Notes under the pieces: generated by a model | Told to the model about the DNA's origin: nothing | Databases searched by the model: none | What the model saw: the letters and a program-made list of their open reading frames with translations, nothing else | Source: Eledone cirrhosa | Taxonomy: Eukaryota | Direction of reading: 5' to 3' | NCBI GenBank assembly: GCA_964016885.1 | Contig: OZ024742.1 | Span: 196,230,001-196,294,000, forward strand | DNA length: 64,000 nt | Shown: positions 13,925 to 26,600 of the stretch, piece after piece | Layout: the number at the start of each line of letters is the position of its first letter | How positions within the stretch are numbered: position 1 is the stretch's first letter | Made by a program: the position numbers and the translations under genes

Positions 13925-14082
13925 GTGGTTGGTGTTAGGAAGGGCATCCAGCTGTAGAAAACCCGCCAGACAGTTCTATGCGAGCAAGACAACCACTCTT
14001 GCCTCAAGTGGGAAAACTCCTGTTCAAACCCATGCAAGCGTGGAACATGGACGTTAAACGATAATGATGATGATGATGGTGA
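13925..14082 (+). mobile_element. Short RTE 3' UTR copy
   Basis: Near-duplicate of 13749-13900. Confidence 0.8.
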
Positions 14083-14094
14083 TATATATACTGT

Positions 14095-14130
<36 letters not shown>

Positions 14131-14133
14131 TGT

Positions 14134-14177
<44 letters not shown>

Positions 14178-14879
14178 TATCTTAATGAAATGTAATGAAA
14201 TGATTAATAATCTTAGTAAATCCCTCAAAATTCTTCATTAATTAATTGAAATAGAGTGTATATCTAATGAAATAGTCACAAAAGAGTTAAAGTAAGAAAT
14301 ATGAAAATCAGAATGGCACACCTAAATGACTAGTAGGGATATTTTAATGATATTAAAATGAATTTACAGTCAACTCCAGTTTATATTTTCAACTGTCATT
14401 TCAACAATTTATGTATTAAACAAAAAAACTGAGCATAAAAAAAAATCTGTCACCCCCTCCTACCCTCCCAAATGGTTAACAATCTCGTACCAAATCACCC
14501 TTGGTTCTAAAATACAAAACTGTGTTTTAAGGTGTTCATACTTATCTAAAAACCTTCCATTATAATTTTATGTAATAAGCTTTGTTACATTCCAAACTCA
14601 AATTTAATGAGAAATTTTATCTTACTAAATCTCTTCAAATCCATGATTATTTTCAAAATTCTTAGAAACTTAGTGGCAATGTCTTTTATTGGAAATATGG
14701 AAAATTTGAGTTTTTATTTCTAGACTTCAGCTTCAATTTGTTACAGATTTGAATGACAGATATAGGAGATTTGATTTTCAGTTGCTACAGACTTGAGTGA
14801 CAGTTGTTATAGATTTGATTCTTGGTGATTGAAGATTTGGGTCTGTTGCTACAAATTTGAGTCTGTGTTGCCAGAGATC

Positions 14880-15400
14880 CGAGTCTCAGCTGTTAGAGAT
14901 CGGAGTTTCAGTTGCTAGAGATTTGAGTTTCAGTTGCTAGAGATTTGAGTTTCAGTTGCTAGAGATTTGAGTTTCAGTTGCTAGAGATTTGAGTTTCAGT
15001 TGCTAGAGATCTGAGTCTCAGTTGCTAGAGATCTGAGTCTCAGTTGCTAGAGATCTGAGTCTCAGTTGCTAGAGATCTGAGTCTCAGTTGCTAGAGATCT
15101 GAGTCTCAGTTGCTAGAGATCTGAGTCTCAGTTGCTAGAGATCTGAGTCTCAGTTGCTAGAGATCTGAGTCTCAGTTGCTAGAGATCTGAGTCTCAGTTG
15201 CTAGAGATCTGAGTCTCAGTTGCTAGAGATCTGAGTCTCAGTTGCTAGAGATCTGAGTCTCAGTTGCTAGAGATCTGAGTCTCAGTTGTTAGAGATCTGA
15301 GTCTCAGTTGTTAGAGATTGGAGTCTCAGTCATTAGAGATTGGAGTCTGAGTTGCTACAGATTTGAGTCACAATTGCTTGCAATTTGAGTCACAGTTACT
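14880..15400. repeat. 22-bp minisatellite (GAGTCTCAGTTGCTAGAGATCT) with degenerate flanks ~14720-15450
   Basis: Homogeneous core with progressively diverged edges. Confidence 0.95.
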
Positions 15401-15924
15401 ACTATAAATTTGAAATTTCATTGCCATAGGCTTGAGATTTAGTTGCTGCAATATATCTCAATTCAAAAGGAAAAGAAGGAAACTTCAATCAATAACTGTC
15501 ATTATATTCCTTTATTCAATAGGAAATAAATATCAAAATCAAAAATGAATTTCTATATTTCTACAGATCACATAGAACTGTAACTGAACCAAAACTGGTT
15601 CGTTATTGTCCAGCAAACAATAGAGTTGGTGTGGTTTTTTTTATATACTATTCAAATGGTTGGTAAAAATTATGAATATATAAATGCTGAAAATGCTATC
15701 TCATGTTAGCCATGCTACAAAATGTATCTTTTGTCAGCGATAGAAGGAAGTGTTGATTCAAATGTTAGTGCAGAGAAAATCATATAGAATGCCACCACAC
15801 TTGTCATATTCCCAGGACATACTTTCTCACCCTTCCAACCTGTCATATATCCATGACATGATATTTATCATCCTTTTTAATCCCTACCCACCATGGGGCA
15901 GTCTGAGTTCTTCTGTTGAGTCAA

Positions 15925-16500
15925 TGACTAACCTCCTAAGTGCTGGTGCCATGTAAAAAGGCTCCTAGTACATTCTTTAAGGTGGATGGTGATGGGAAGG
16001 ATATGCAGGTGTAGGAACCATGCCAAAAAGGGTTGAGAGGACTCTTCAGTCATGTCAAGGGCATAACAACTTCTCTAGTGTTGGTGACATGATAAACGTG
16101 ATAGGAAGGATATTCATCTGTAGAAATCATGTAAAGAAAGGGTCAAGATCTCTGCAATTGTATCAAGAACATGACAACTTCACTAGTGTTGGTGATATAC
16201 ATGATAAACACACCCCGTATACACTGTAAAGTGGTTGGTGATAGGAAAGGAATTCAGTCCAAACAAACCTGCCAAACAAAAGGTTGGAAGTATTCTTCAG
16301 TTGTGCCAAGGACATGTCAACCACCCTGGTGTTGGTGCCACGATAAAATGCACACACTGTAGACTGTGGGAACATATGTAAGCAAGATGGATCCTATGGC
16401 TCATCTGAAAGGTCAGTAGCTCCAATTGAGTACTGACTTGATCTGTGATAACTTGTCCAACCTTGCTAGCAGGAGAAAATGGGTGTAAAATGATGATGAT
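15925..16500 (+). mobile_element. Old SINE/RTE-tail derivative with internal tandem repetition
   Basis: Repeated 'acaacttctctagtgttggtgacatgataaa' and 'ggttggtgataggaaagg' units; (GAT)n tail at ~16490. Confidence 0.6.
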
Positions 16501-16615
16501 TAAATGAAGCTTTTTATGTTGATTTAATGAATGTGAAACAAGGGACATGAAACAAATGAAATAAATCATGGTTTTTGTTCCAAATAATTGTGCCACAACT
16601 GAACAATAATTTTAG

Positions 16616-17376
16616 AATTTAAATATTTTCATTTTTATCATTTTTAAAATTTAATTTCTTTCTTGAAACAGTTCAGGGAATATATTTAAAATTATATATT
16701 TAGAATAATTATAATGGAAAGATACATGTTAGAAACAGGATCATAATCATCATGTTACACCTCCTTTCCATGTTGGCAGAGGTTAGACAGGTTGTCACAG
16801 TCCAACACCAGACAGATCAGAGCAACCAATCTTGCTCGTTACTTTCCATATTTGGTATCGTTTCTACGGTTGGATGCCATTCCTAACACCAATCACCTTG
16901 TAGGATGTGCTGGGTACATTTTATTGTGGCACTAGCACTTTACAGAGTGTACCGGGTGCATTTTATTGTGGTACCAACACTGACACTTTACATGGTGCAC
17001 TGGATGGGTTTTACTGGGGTATTGAAAAACCAGGATATATATGACATATAAATGTTGTAAAAAAAATAGGATTTGGAATCAGGGAAACAATCCGACTATA
17101 AAGCACTGCCTCAATAAGTTCTGTCCAACCCATGCCACCATATAAAGAATGGTTAAAAATAGGTTATCCAAAGCAAACCCAAAGGTTCATCAGACTGGTG
17201 CTTATCACAGTGTCATTAGTGTTTCACGACTAAGAGTACAATATAGTCTCCTTCATATTTCTGAAATTGTGCAAAAGGGGAGGGTGAGATTTGCAGGCCA
17301 ACACACCTCAAATAAACTGTCTCTTTTAGTGTTTTTGGAACCAACATCTGCCAAAAGCTGAAGAGGTTGCAAACTC
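16616..17376. repeat. Left arm of a ~760-bp near-perfect inverted duplication
   Basis: Reverse complement of 18269-19030 with only a handful of differences. Confidence 0.95.
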
Positions 17377-18155
17377 ACCAATCTCAGATGGAACTGCATT
17401 TTGGCCGGTTTTTTACAGCTGTATGCTCTTCCTAACACTAACCATGTTTATAGAGTGGAACTGGGTGGTCCTGTTATGAGAGGGGTCTGGTCAGTTGGCC
17501 ATGTTGTACCCTGCTCATAAGTGGATATATGATAAACTGTAGGTTTGATGGCTATTTTAGCTGCTGTTTCTAGTAGGTTGTAATAGAAGCCATTCCATTG
17601 ACTAGGAAATCATCTCTTGTAGAATGGTAAAGTGGTAAAGAGAACACTGCTTCTACTAGTGTAAAATGGATATAATTCTTTGTAGATAAAAACAGATTTG
17701 GTTGGAATATGGCCAAAACTAATGTTGAAGTTTTACATTTTAGTTATTTCTCCAGTTTCTTGTAAATAAATTTCTGTTAATTTGTTATCTAACACAAACG
17801 AGATGTTGAATGCTAAAGTTCATGATTTAAGAAAGTGTTTTTTTTTATAACTTTTTCTAGTTCATAAATTAATTTTCTAAATTTAGCAAAAGGATACAAT
17901 TTATTTTATTTTTTTTTTTTTTTTTTTTTGCGGGGGAAGTTATTGCCACCATCATCATCATCATCATTTTAAAAATTACATCTGCTTTTCTATTTTTGGA
18001 CCAGGTAGCGCTTTGTGTTCTTGAGCAAAAAAACTTCATTTCACGTTGCTCCAGTCCATTCAGGTGCAAATAAGTACCAGCAGTAGCTGGGGATTAACCC
18101 TGTAATGGACTAGCAAACTGTCAAGATGTTTGGGTGGGTGGGTCTTGTATTCTCT

Positions 18156-18410
18156 TCATTTTGTGGCGTCAGCTGAAATAGACTCTATGATAGTTCTCCA
18201 TGTATGTCTGTCACTCATTGCATTGTCTAGATCCCAAACATCATCAATATCAGAAATTTTGGCTTGGAGAGTTTGCAACCTCTTCAGCTTTTGGCAGATG
18301 TTGGTTCCAAAAACACTAAAAGAGACAGTTTTATTTGAGGTGTGTTGGCCTGCAAATCTCACCCTCCCCTTTTGCACAATTTCAGAAATATGAAGGAGAC
18401 CGTATTGTAC
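18156..18410 (-). mobile_element. Decayed LINE (RTE-like) C-terminal fragment
   Basis: YGLLHISEIVQKGRVRFAG...DLDNAMSDRHTWR resembles RTE C-termini (RRLRFAGH...AM.DR..WR). Confidence 0.6.
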
Positions 18411-19030
18411 TCTTAGTCGTGAAACACTAATGACACTGTGATAAGCACCAGTCTGATGAACCTTTGGGTTTGCTTTGGATAACCTATTTTTAACCATTCT
18501 TTATATGATGGCATGGGTTGGACAGAACTTATTGAGGCAGTGCTTTATAGCCAGATTGTTTCCCTGATTCCAAATCCTATTTTTTTTACAACATTTATAT
18601 GTCATATATATCCTGGTTTTTCAATACCCCAGTAAAACCCATCCAGTGCACCATGTAAAGTGTCAGTGTTGGTACCACAATAAAATGCACCCGGTACACT
18701 CTGTAAAGTGCTAGTGCCACAATAAAATGTACCCAGCACATCCTACAAGGTGATTGGTGTTAGGAATGGCATCTAACCGTAGAAACGATACCAAATATGG
18801 AAAGTAACGAGCAAGATTGGTTGCTCTGATCTGTCTGGTGTTGGACTGTGACAACCTGTCTAACCTCTGCCAACATGGAAAGGAGGTGTAAAATGATGAT
18901 TATGATCCTGTTTCTAACATGTATCTTTCCATTATAATTATTCTAAATACATAATTTTAAATATATTCCCTGAACTGTTTCGAGAAAGAAATTAAATTTT
19001 AAAAATGATAAAAATGAAAATATTTAAATT
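18269..19030. repeat. Right arm of the ~760-bp inverted duplication
   Basis: Reverse complement of 16616-17376. Confidence 0.95.
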
Positions 19031-19243
19031 ATGGTGCGGCCATCTGGCCAGACTTGCTTCATAACATGGACGACCTGTCTGACCCATGCAAGCATAGAAA
19101 ATAAGACGTTAAACAGTAATGATGATGATGGTGGAGATGATGATGTGGCTCACTGAACATGCACACCTTTTTTCTCTCAATTTATTTTTCTGTTCCTCCC
19201 TCATCTCACTATCTTTCTATTTCATCTTTTATTTCTCATTCTA

Positions 19244-19279
19244 TCTTCTGATGAAGGACTAGTGTCTGAAACGTTAAGA
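19244..19279 (+). ncRNA. Minimal hammerhead ribozyme motif (family B)
   Basis: tctt ctgatga a ggac tagt gtct gaaac gt t aaga. Stem I UCUU/AAGA; palindromic ACGU stem III. Decayed sister at 54666-54701. Confidence 0.65.
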
Positions 19280-19436
19280 CTCTTTTCCTATTATTTCAAA
19301 CTAATATATTCCTTCATTGTACTGTGTCATTTGCTTTTTTAGTTTTGCTGTTTTTATATATATTGATAGTCTGTGGTACTGGGACCGGGAAGATCACAAA
19401 TCAAAGTAGTACTCAATACATGGTATGATGCAGAGT

Positions 19437-19557
19437 GGGTATATTAGTGGAAGTAGAGGATCTATCAAGAGTCCGGCAATTTCGGCTAGTCACTGAAGGG
19501 GTAACTAGCTGAAACTGCTGAGCTTGCGATAGATCCTCTATGTCCACTAATATACCC
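19437..19557. mobile_element. Foldback element with a truncated HHR-like motif at the fold
   Basis: Arms gggtatattagtgga..gaggatctatc / gatagatcctcta..tccactaatataccc. Centre ctgaagg..ctagctgaaac. Tail motif (minus strand) gtattgagtact at 19408-19419. Confidence 0.6.
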
Positions 19558-20089
19558 TGGTTCCACAACAAAAAACACTCAGGTCACCCTGCAAGGTGGT
19601 TGTACTGGAGCCATCACAAAAAGCACCCTGTTCACCCTGTAAGGTGGTTGACATTAGGAAAGGCAACCAGCCACAGAAAACCAAGCCAAAAATGGATTGT
19701 ATGAGCAAGACATGGTCACCTAACCAGACAAATCTCAAAACATGACAACCCATCTCACTCATGCAAGCATGGAAAACATGCTATTGATAATATGTGTGTG
19801 TTTAAATTAATGTGCTTTCTTGTTGTTAGTAGAGGTGACTTGTAGTAAAGTAGTTGTGTTTACTTACCACAGCATCTAGAAATTCTATAAACTTGCAGTC
19901 AGGTCTGTTTTGACAGAATTGGCGGAATAATTCTCGGCCGACAGGTTGTTGTTCCACAATATACTTGTAGGTGAGGGCTGTAAAGATTCAAAAGATATTG
20001 ACATGAATAACACTTTCTTACAGTGGCACACAGTGGGGGGAGAAGGGGGGGGGGGGGTTGCATATCTTTTTGGGGACATTAACATATAC

Positions 20090-20285
20090 TGGGAGAGGTA
20101 GGTCAGAGCTGTTTAAAGACATTACATATATTGGCAGAGGAGGTGAGGGGTCACAGAGGTTTAGGATCATTACAGAGAGGGCAAGGGGTCAGAGAGCTGT
20201 TTAGGGTCATTAAATATAATGGCAGAGAAGTGGAGGGGTCAGAGAGCTGTTTAGGGTCATTACATATATTGGCAGAGATGGTCAA
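20090..20285. repeat. ~45-bp degenerate tandem repeat
   Basis: 'ggggtcagagagctgtttagggtcattacatatattggcagag' x4-5. Confidence 0.75.
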
Positions 20286-20639
20286 AGGATCATCAACATG
20301 CAGTGACACAAGGGGGCACAAGATTTTAATGACATTCACATGAGAAAGAGTTTCTTTTAACAGCATAATTGGTCACACAATCATAGAGAAGAGTTTCTAA
20401 CACTGGAACAAAGGGATCATAGGTTTTTAGGGGAGAGGAATAAGCAACAAAATCACACCCTTAGTGTAGTTTACAAGTACTTATTCGTCCCCTGGAAAGT
20501 CAAAGACAGGGTAGACTTTGGAAGAATTTGAACTCAGAACATATAAATAATAAACAAAACGATAAAAAGGCAGAATTTGAACTGAGGGTGCAGATAGCCA
20601 AGACAAATACCACAAGGTATTTCATCCAACATTCTAAGC

Positions 20640-20924
20640 CAGCCTTTCTCAACTGGTGTTCCACGGAACCTTAAGGTTCTGCAAGAAGTCACGAGGTATT
20701 CCATGAGAAACTGATAAATAAACTAATGCATTTTTGAGTAATTTTTGTTTAATTTCATATTTGTAATTTTACTATACATGTACGGAATATTATAATAAAG
20801 GCTTCAACCTATATAAAAGAGATAGATATTAATTATGGTAGATAATAATTTTTATACAGGGGTTTCCTGAGACATGAAAGCTATTTCAAGGGTTCCACAA
20901 GGGTAAAAAGGTTGAGAAATGCTG
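20640..20924. mobile_element. hAT (Charlie-type) MITE
   Basis: TIRs CAGCCTTTCTCAAC / GTTGAGAAATGCTG. The 8-bp flanks ttctaagc and ctctaaat resemble the NTCTAGAN target. Confidence 0.78.
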
Positions 20925-21532
20925 CTCTAAATGACACTAAAATGTGGGAAAAGACTGTTAGCTTGGTGAATCACCAGAGATACCAGTGTTTGGCAACTGA
21001 ATGGAGACAATATAGAGTCTAACCAATCATGTGACAGCTTCTCTAGTGCTGGTGACATGACAAAATACACCAAGTACACCCTGTAAAGTGGTAGTTCTGA
21101 TGCCATGAAAAGATGCATTCAGTTCACTCTGTAAAGTAGCAATGCTCTGTAGAGCGTTTGTACTATGATAAAATGCACCCAGCACACATTGTAAGGTGGT
21201 TGGTGTTAGGAAGGGCATCCAGTCATAGAAATCACACCAAGTAGAGAATGTAGGAGCAAGATGGGTTAATTCAACTCATCTGGTCTCAGACTCTAAGGCC
21301 AGTGTGGAAAACAAATGTAAAATGATGATGATGTAATCTTAGAACATCTATAATCTTCCATTCACACACTAGTTAATATAAGGGGTGAGGGGAAGTCAAA
21401 TTAATTAGGCCTTAATAAAACAGTTAATTATTATTAAATAGGAATTATTCAAAATATTAAATTTTTAAACAATAATGCAATGATGAATTTTGCTAGAGAG
21501 AGAGAGAGAAGCTCTATTTATAAAATAAGACC

Positions 21533-21552
21533 AGAGAGAGAGAGAGAGAAAG

Positions 21553-21631
<79 letters not shown>

Positions 21632-21640
21632 AAGAGAGAG
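21533..21640. repeat. (GA)n microsatellite
   Basis: Direct observation. Confidence 0.95.
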
Positions 21641-22089
21641 CTTCTAGTTATTATATTAATAAAATAAGACCAGTCAGTGAAATGTTTTAAACAAGCCACT
21701 TGAAATGTGAATAAACTGTGTTAGTCATACAATATCATGGCATACCACCATCACTACTAGTAGTAGTAGTAGTAGCAACAGCAGTACTAGGGTTAGGGTT
21801 GTGGTGGTATTAAAAGGAGGGTTAGTAGTAGTGGTAGTGGTGGTAGTAGTGGTAGCGGTGGTGGTGGTAGTAGTAGTGGTGGTAACAGTGATTGTAGTAG
21901 TAGTGGGAGTAGTCAACAACATAAACAACAACATCAACAGGTCACATACAAACATCCATAGGTACAAAGGTTTACATCTGTTTTCCATGCTGACAGGATA
22001 GGTTGTCACTATCTGAGACAAGACAGGTTATATAATCACGCTTTGCTGATACATTCAATATTTTGGCAAGGTATCTATCTAAAAATATC

Positions 22090-23235
22090 TATAGTGAGGA
22101 ATTCAGTATGTGGGCAGCTGTCCACCAGGGCTCTGTACTTAGCCTTTTTCTGTTCATTAGAGTTTCTAAGCCATAAAAGAGGAGTTTAACCCTTTAGCAT
22201 TTACATTACTTTATATTTACTATTATATTTTCACGATAAAGGCTTTACCTCACAATTATCTCATATAATAAGGAATCTATGAGATTTTGTATGAGTATGG
22301 GTGCTCGGTTACAGCCAGTTTCAACAGAAGAGGTGAGAGAATTCTGGCTGGATACAGCCAGTTTAAATGCTAAATGGTTAAGACTGGCTGCTCATGGGAA
22401 TTCGTGTATGCAGATGATCTAGTTCTCATAGCTGAGTCTACCATAGAAATGAAGACGAAATTCCAATCTTGAAAACAAAACCTGGAACCAAAAGGACTCA
22501 AAGTCAACCTAACCAAGACTAAAATCCAAGCGAGTCAGAAAGGTGACAAAACCTTGATACCACCAGGGAAATAGATAGCCATGCTGGTTATGCAAAACTG
22601 AAGCTCAGACATTCTATCCAACATATAAAATATAAACTATAAATAGACAAGAATTGTAGTGAGATCTTGGGCAAGCTAACAAATGATGCACCCTATCAAA
22701 TACTCTGATGGCTCCTTAGAAGTAGTTGATAGCTTTTGCTACATAGTTGAACGAGGGGGGATACATTCAGGGGATTACTTCTTTTGATGGGTATAAAGGG
22801 CCTCCTTTTCAGGACAAATGGAAGATTGTATGACGTGTAAGAAATGCAATGTTGTATGGAAGTGAGACTTTGGCCTTAAATGCAGAAGTTCTGCAAAGAT
22901 TGGGGGGGGGGGGGGCAAGCATGCTCCGATGGATGTATAATGTTAGTGTGCATGAAAAAGAAAGCATTAATGTACTGAAGGAAAACTGAGCATGATAGAT
23001 TTGATCAGTGTACAAGAGAGAAGACTGCACTGGTATGAACATGTGATGTGTATGAAGAATGATAGCTGCATAAAAATAGTGCAGGGTATTCAAAGGTGAT
23101 GGAGAAAGTGAAAGACTTGGGATGATATGGTAACAACGAACCTCACAAAGCTGAACATTATGCAGGAGATGACACAGGATCGAGTCATCTGAAGTCATGC
23201 TGCACGACTGATGATGTACCTTCCCACACAAACAG
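22090..23235 (+). mobile_element. Decayed RTE LINE, interrupted by piggyBac MITE
   Basis: VHQGSVLS, EEF|KTGC.WE..YADDL, KVNLTKTK, MLYGSET, RRL.WYEHV remnants. Confidence 0.85.
22186..22381 (+). mobile_element. piggyBac-type MITE family A
   Basis: TTAA duplicated inside the RTE codons gag-ttt-aag (E-F-K). Confidence 0.88.
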
Positions 23236-23649
23236 AGTGAAACATAAGTAAAGAAAGAGGTAGACAGACCCGATCCCTCTGTTCACATTCCCCACCTTAA
23301 ACCCCCGCCCCTTTCCCCAAGTTACCCTTTCTCCACATTTCCCTCGTCTGATACATACCAGGTCAGAAAGAAATGCCACCCCTTCGTATTGTGCTTCCCC
23401 CTCCTATATCTCCAATTTACTTTCCCTGCCCAACCCAAGCCAGCATGGGAGAAAAATGTATCCTCTACTCGCACCCACATACCTGATTCACTTCCTTACC
23501 CAGCCCATGCCACCATGACAAACCAAGCATGCCTCACAATATGCCTCTAGATGTAACTCACTTTTTTAAGGCCACCCCATCACCCAACATATCAATGGCT
23601 TCTCAGTGATAGAACCACAATAAAAATGCACCTAACCCACCTGTAAATT

Positions 23650-23950
23650 ATTCAGTCCACTCTGTAATTTGGTAGTGCTGGTGCCACAACAAAAGCACCC
23701 AGTCCATAGTCCACCCTGTAAGGTGGTAGTGCAGGTACAACAAAAGCACCCAGTCCACAGTCCACCCTGTTAGGTGGTAGTGCTGGAGCCACAACAAAAG
23801 CACCCAGTCCATAGTCCACTCTGTAATGTGGTAGTGCTAAAGTCATGATAAAACATTCCCAGTACACAATGTAAAGTGGTTGGTATTAAGTATGTGACAA
23901 CCTGTCTAATCCATTAAACATGGAAAATAGATGTTAATCAGTGATGTTAA
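23650..23950 (+). repeat. Tandem array of ~58-bp SINE/RTE-tail units
   Basis: 'ggtagtgctggtgccacaacaaaagcacccagtccatagtccaccctgtaa' x4. Confidence 0.75.
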
Positions 23951-24025
23951 TGATAAATTTACACTTGTGTGAATTTGACAGGTTTACAAGTCTAAAATTA
24001 TCAACATTTCCCTGTAAATTGAAAT

Positions 24026-24215
24026 AATGGTTTCTGATTTAGGCACAATGCCTTTTGGGGTGGGGGTTGGGGGGGGAGGGGGTCAATTGAATCAACTCAA
24101 ATGCATTACTGGTACTATTTTATCGACCCAATAAGGATGAAAGCAAAGCTAGCCTCAGCGGGATTTGAAATTAGAAAGTAAAGGGCCATAACTATGTTGC
24201 GAAATGTAGTGTCTG
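24026..24215 (-). mobile_element. Meta-like tRNA-derived SINE
   Basis: Core actggtact(t)ttttatcgacccc..aaggatgaaaggcaaag plus B-box gggatttgaa. Confidence 0.75.
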
Positions 24216-24736
24216 ATGCTAACCGAGCATTTTAGAGAGTAATAATGGAACCCACTGCCCTCTTATAAATTGAAATAATTGTTTCTACTTTTGGCACAAG
24301 GCCAGCAATTATCCCAGAGTATTACTGGTACTTTAATGATAACTATGTTTAATTGTTTTTGAATCATCAGAAAATATGTGAATTATTTAAACAACCTCAA
24401 GGAAATACATAACTGAAGAGGGCTGATATACCCTATCACTTATAGTAATATCCTAAAATGGACATACTACCATGGACATATTATTAGTGCTCATGTAGGT
24501 AGTTAATTTGAATAAAAGTAACTCAGCCCACACTGTAAAGTGGTCATGTAGGTGTCATGACAAAAAACACCCAGTCCACACTATAAATGTGGTTGTTGTT
24601 AGGAAGGGCATCCAGCTGTAGAAACCAAGCCAAAATTAGTTCTGTGAGAGCAAGACACTGTCATCGGACCTGGCTTGTCTCACAACGGGACAGCTCGACT
24701 AACCCATGCTAGTGTGGAAAAAAGACATTAAACTGA

Positions 24737-24770
<34 letters not shown>

Positions 24771-24913
24771 CCATGTGATAAGGCTGCTGAAGTATATGAT
24801 GAATATATATATATATATGTAACTTTATAAATTGAGTATTTAGAAATGTAAACATGTCGTAAATTCATTGTATTCTTTGGCTGCCTGTTGTGATGGTAAT
24901 GATAACGATTATG

Positions 24914-25100
24914 AACAAGTAGGGCATATCAGCCCCTAGAGATGGAAAAAAAATTGACAGCGTCGCCTATGGGACTCAAACTCACACCTGCTGGCTGTAC
25001 TTACCAGTAACTGGTAAATACAACCACCCGATGTATAGCAGATGTGAGTTCGAGTCCCTCAGGTAATGTCATCTCTAGAGGCTGATATGCTTAACTTGTT
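24914..25100. mobile_element. Foldback element with tRNA T-arm/B-box-like motif in both arms
   Basis: aacaagt..gcatatcagccc.tagagatg / catctctagaggctgatatgc..acttgtt; gggactcaaactcaca / tgtgagttcgagtccc. Confidence 0.7.
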
Positions 25101-25490
25101 AGGCTATTATTCATATTCAAAAACCCTGCATTGATGCTGTTAACTTAAAGCTAACATATTTTCAAAAGATTCATATCTATTCAATGTTTCTAAAAAAAGA
25201 CTATATATATATATATATATGTCTGTGTGTGTGTGTCTGTCTGTGTGTATAAAGAAGGAATGACTTTTCTTTGAAACATATATTGAAAATATGACTGTTC
25301 CATTTTGCTCATTTTTTTCATATTTCCTTACTAGAACTTCATGTTTAGTTTGGAACAATAGAATTCCTAAATCCATGAATATATTAACATTTCAAATCAT
25401 CCATCTCCAGAATCAGAGTGTGAGTGTGTGAGTGTGTGAGTGTGTGAGTGTGTGAGTGTGTGTAGTTATGTGTGTATGTATGTATATAAT

Positions 25491-25660
25491 TATTTAGTAT
25501 AGAAAAGGCTTCTACTGGACTAGAACTGTTTCATTCCTGATGATTTCATATGAATGAAACAGTTCTAGTCCTGTAGAAGCCTTTCCTATATTAAATATGA
25601 TGTTTACATTCTACTAATGTATTGAGTACCTTTCTAACTGTAGTTACCCCTGATTTATAT
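25491..25660. mobile_element. Foldback Penelope-like element (hairpin 25491-25597 plus tail) between (TG)n/(TA)n
   Basis: Near-perfect hairpin whose right arm carries an HHR. Tail has gtattgagtacc. Confidence 0.75.
25537..25576 (+). ncRNA. Hammerhead ribozyme core (family C); 5' strand of stem I replaced by the inversion
   Basis: ctgatga t ttca ta tgaa t gaaac agttcta gtc ctgtag. Intact CUGAUGA/GAAA and GUC triplet. Confidence 0.68.
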
Positions 25661-26384
25661 ATGTATATATTATATATATTTCGATAATCAGTGTTGGTTG
25701 ATCCAACCAATCGACCCATTATTGTGTAATGAAATGTAAACTTTCCCTCCTAGCAAGGGTTGGATGGGTTTACATAGACAAAATCAGTACTGAAGCAGAG
25801 CTACCAACCCCCCTGACAGAACAGGGAAGGGGAGGTTTACATCTTGCTTATGTATGGTCTTACATTCTACCAAGTGCACAAGAGAGGTCGTCATCTCCTT
25901 GACACAACTGAGGGGTCCTCCAACCCTTTGTTTGGCAAGCTTTCTCTATGGCTGGATGCCCTTCCTATCACCAACCACTTTACAGTGTGTATTGGATGTG
26001 TTTATTACACACACACACATATTATACACACATATATATATGTTATACACACACACATCTATATATATATCCAATGGGCTTCTGCATAGTTTTTGTTGAC
26101 CAAATTTTACTCACAAAGCTTGAGTCCTCCCAAGGACTAACAACGAATGCTGAAGGTGCCACTTTGGGGTATCAAACCAAAGATTATGTGGTTGAGAGTC
26201 CAAACTCTTGACCACAGAGCTAAGTCAGTGGCATTGCTGCAACATAATTAACAAAAAACCTTGACCTATTCCTTACAGATATCAATAAGTGATTGAATAA
26301 TTGGATGCATGTGTTGCTAAAGGTTGTGTCTTTATGTAATATAGTAGAATCAACAACACTATATATTGCTATTATTATTATTAT

Positions 26385-26600
26385 AAGGACAATGGATTGT
26401 CAGTACTGGTAGAAGGTTGGACGCCATGCTGTGCAGCATAGTAACGGCCCTTTATGATCTGAGTTCAAATCCCGTCGAGGTTAACTTTACCTTTCATCTT
26501 TATGGGGTCGATAAAATAAAGTACCAGTCACGCACTGGGGTCGATTTAATCGACTTTCCCCTCCCCCCAAATTGTTGGCCTTGTGCCTATATAAGAAATT
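26385..26600 (+). mobile_element. Meta-like tRNA-derived SINE
   Basis: gagttcaaatccc B-box; ctttcatctttatggggtcgataaaataaagtaccagt core. Confidence 0.82.

Noticed and set aside
14880-15400. Regular short repeats resembling a CRISPR array
   Set aside because: Head-to-tail units with no unique spacers; eukaryotic context.
24405-24445. ctgaagagggctgatataccct, HHR 5' half
   Set aside because: Stem II is present but GAAA and the cleavage site are absent; too degenerate to call.
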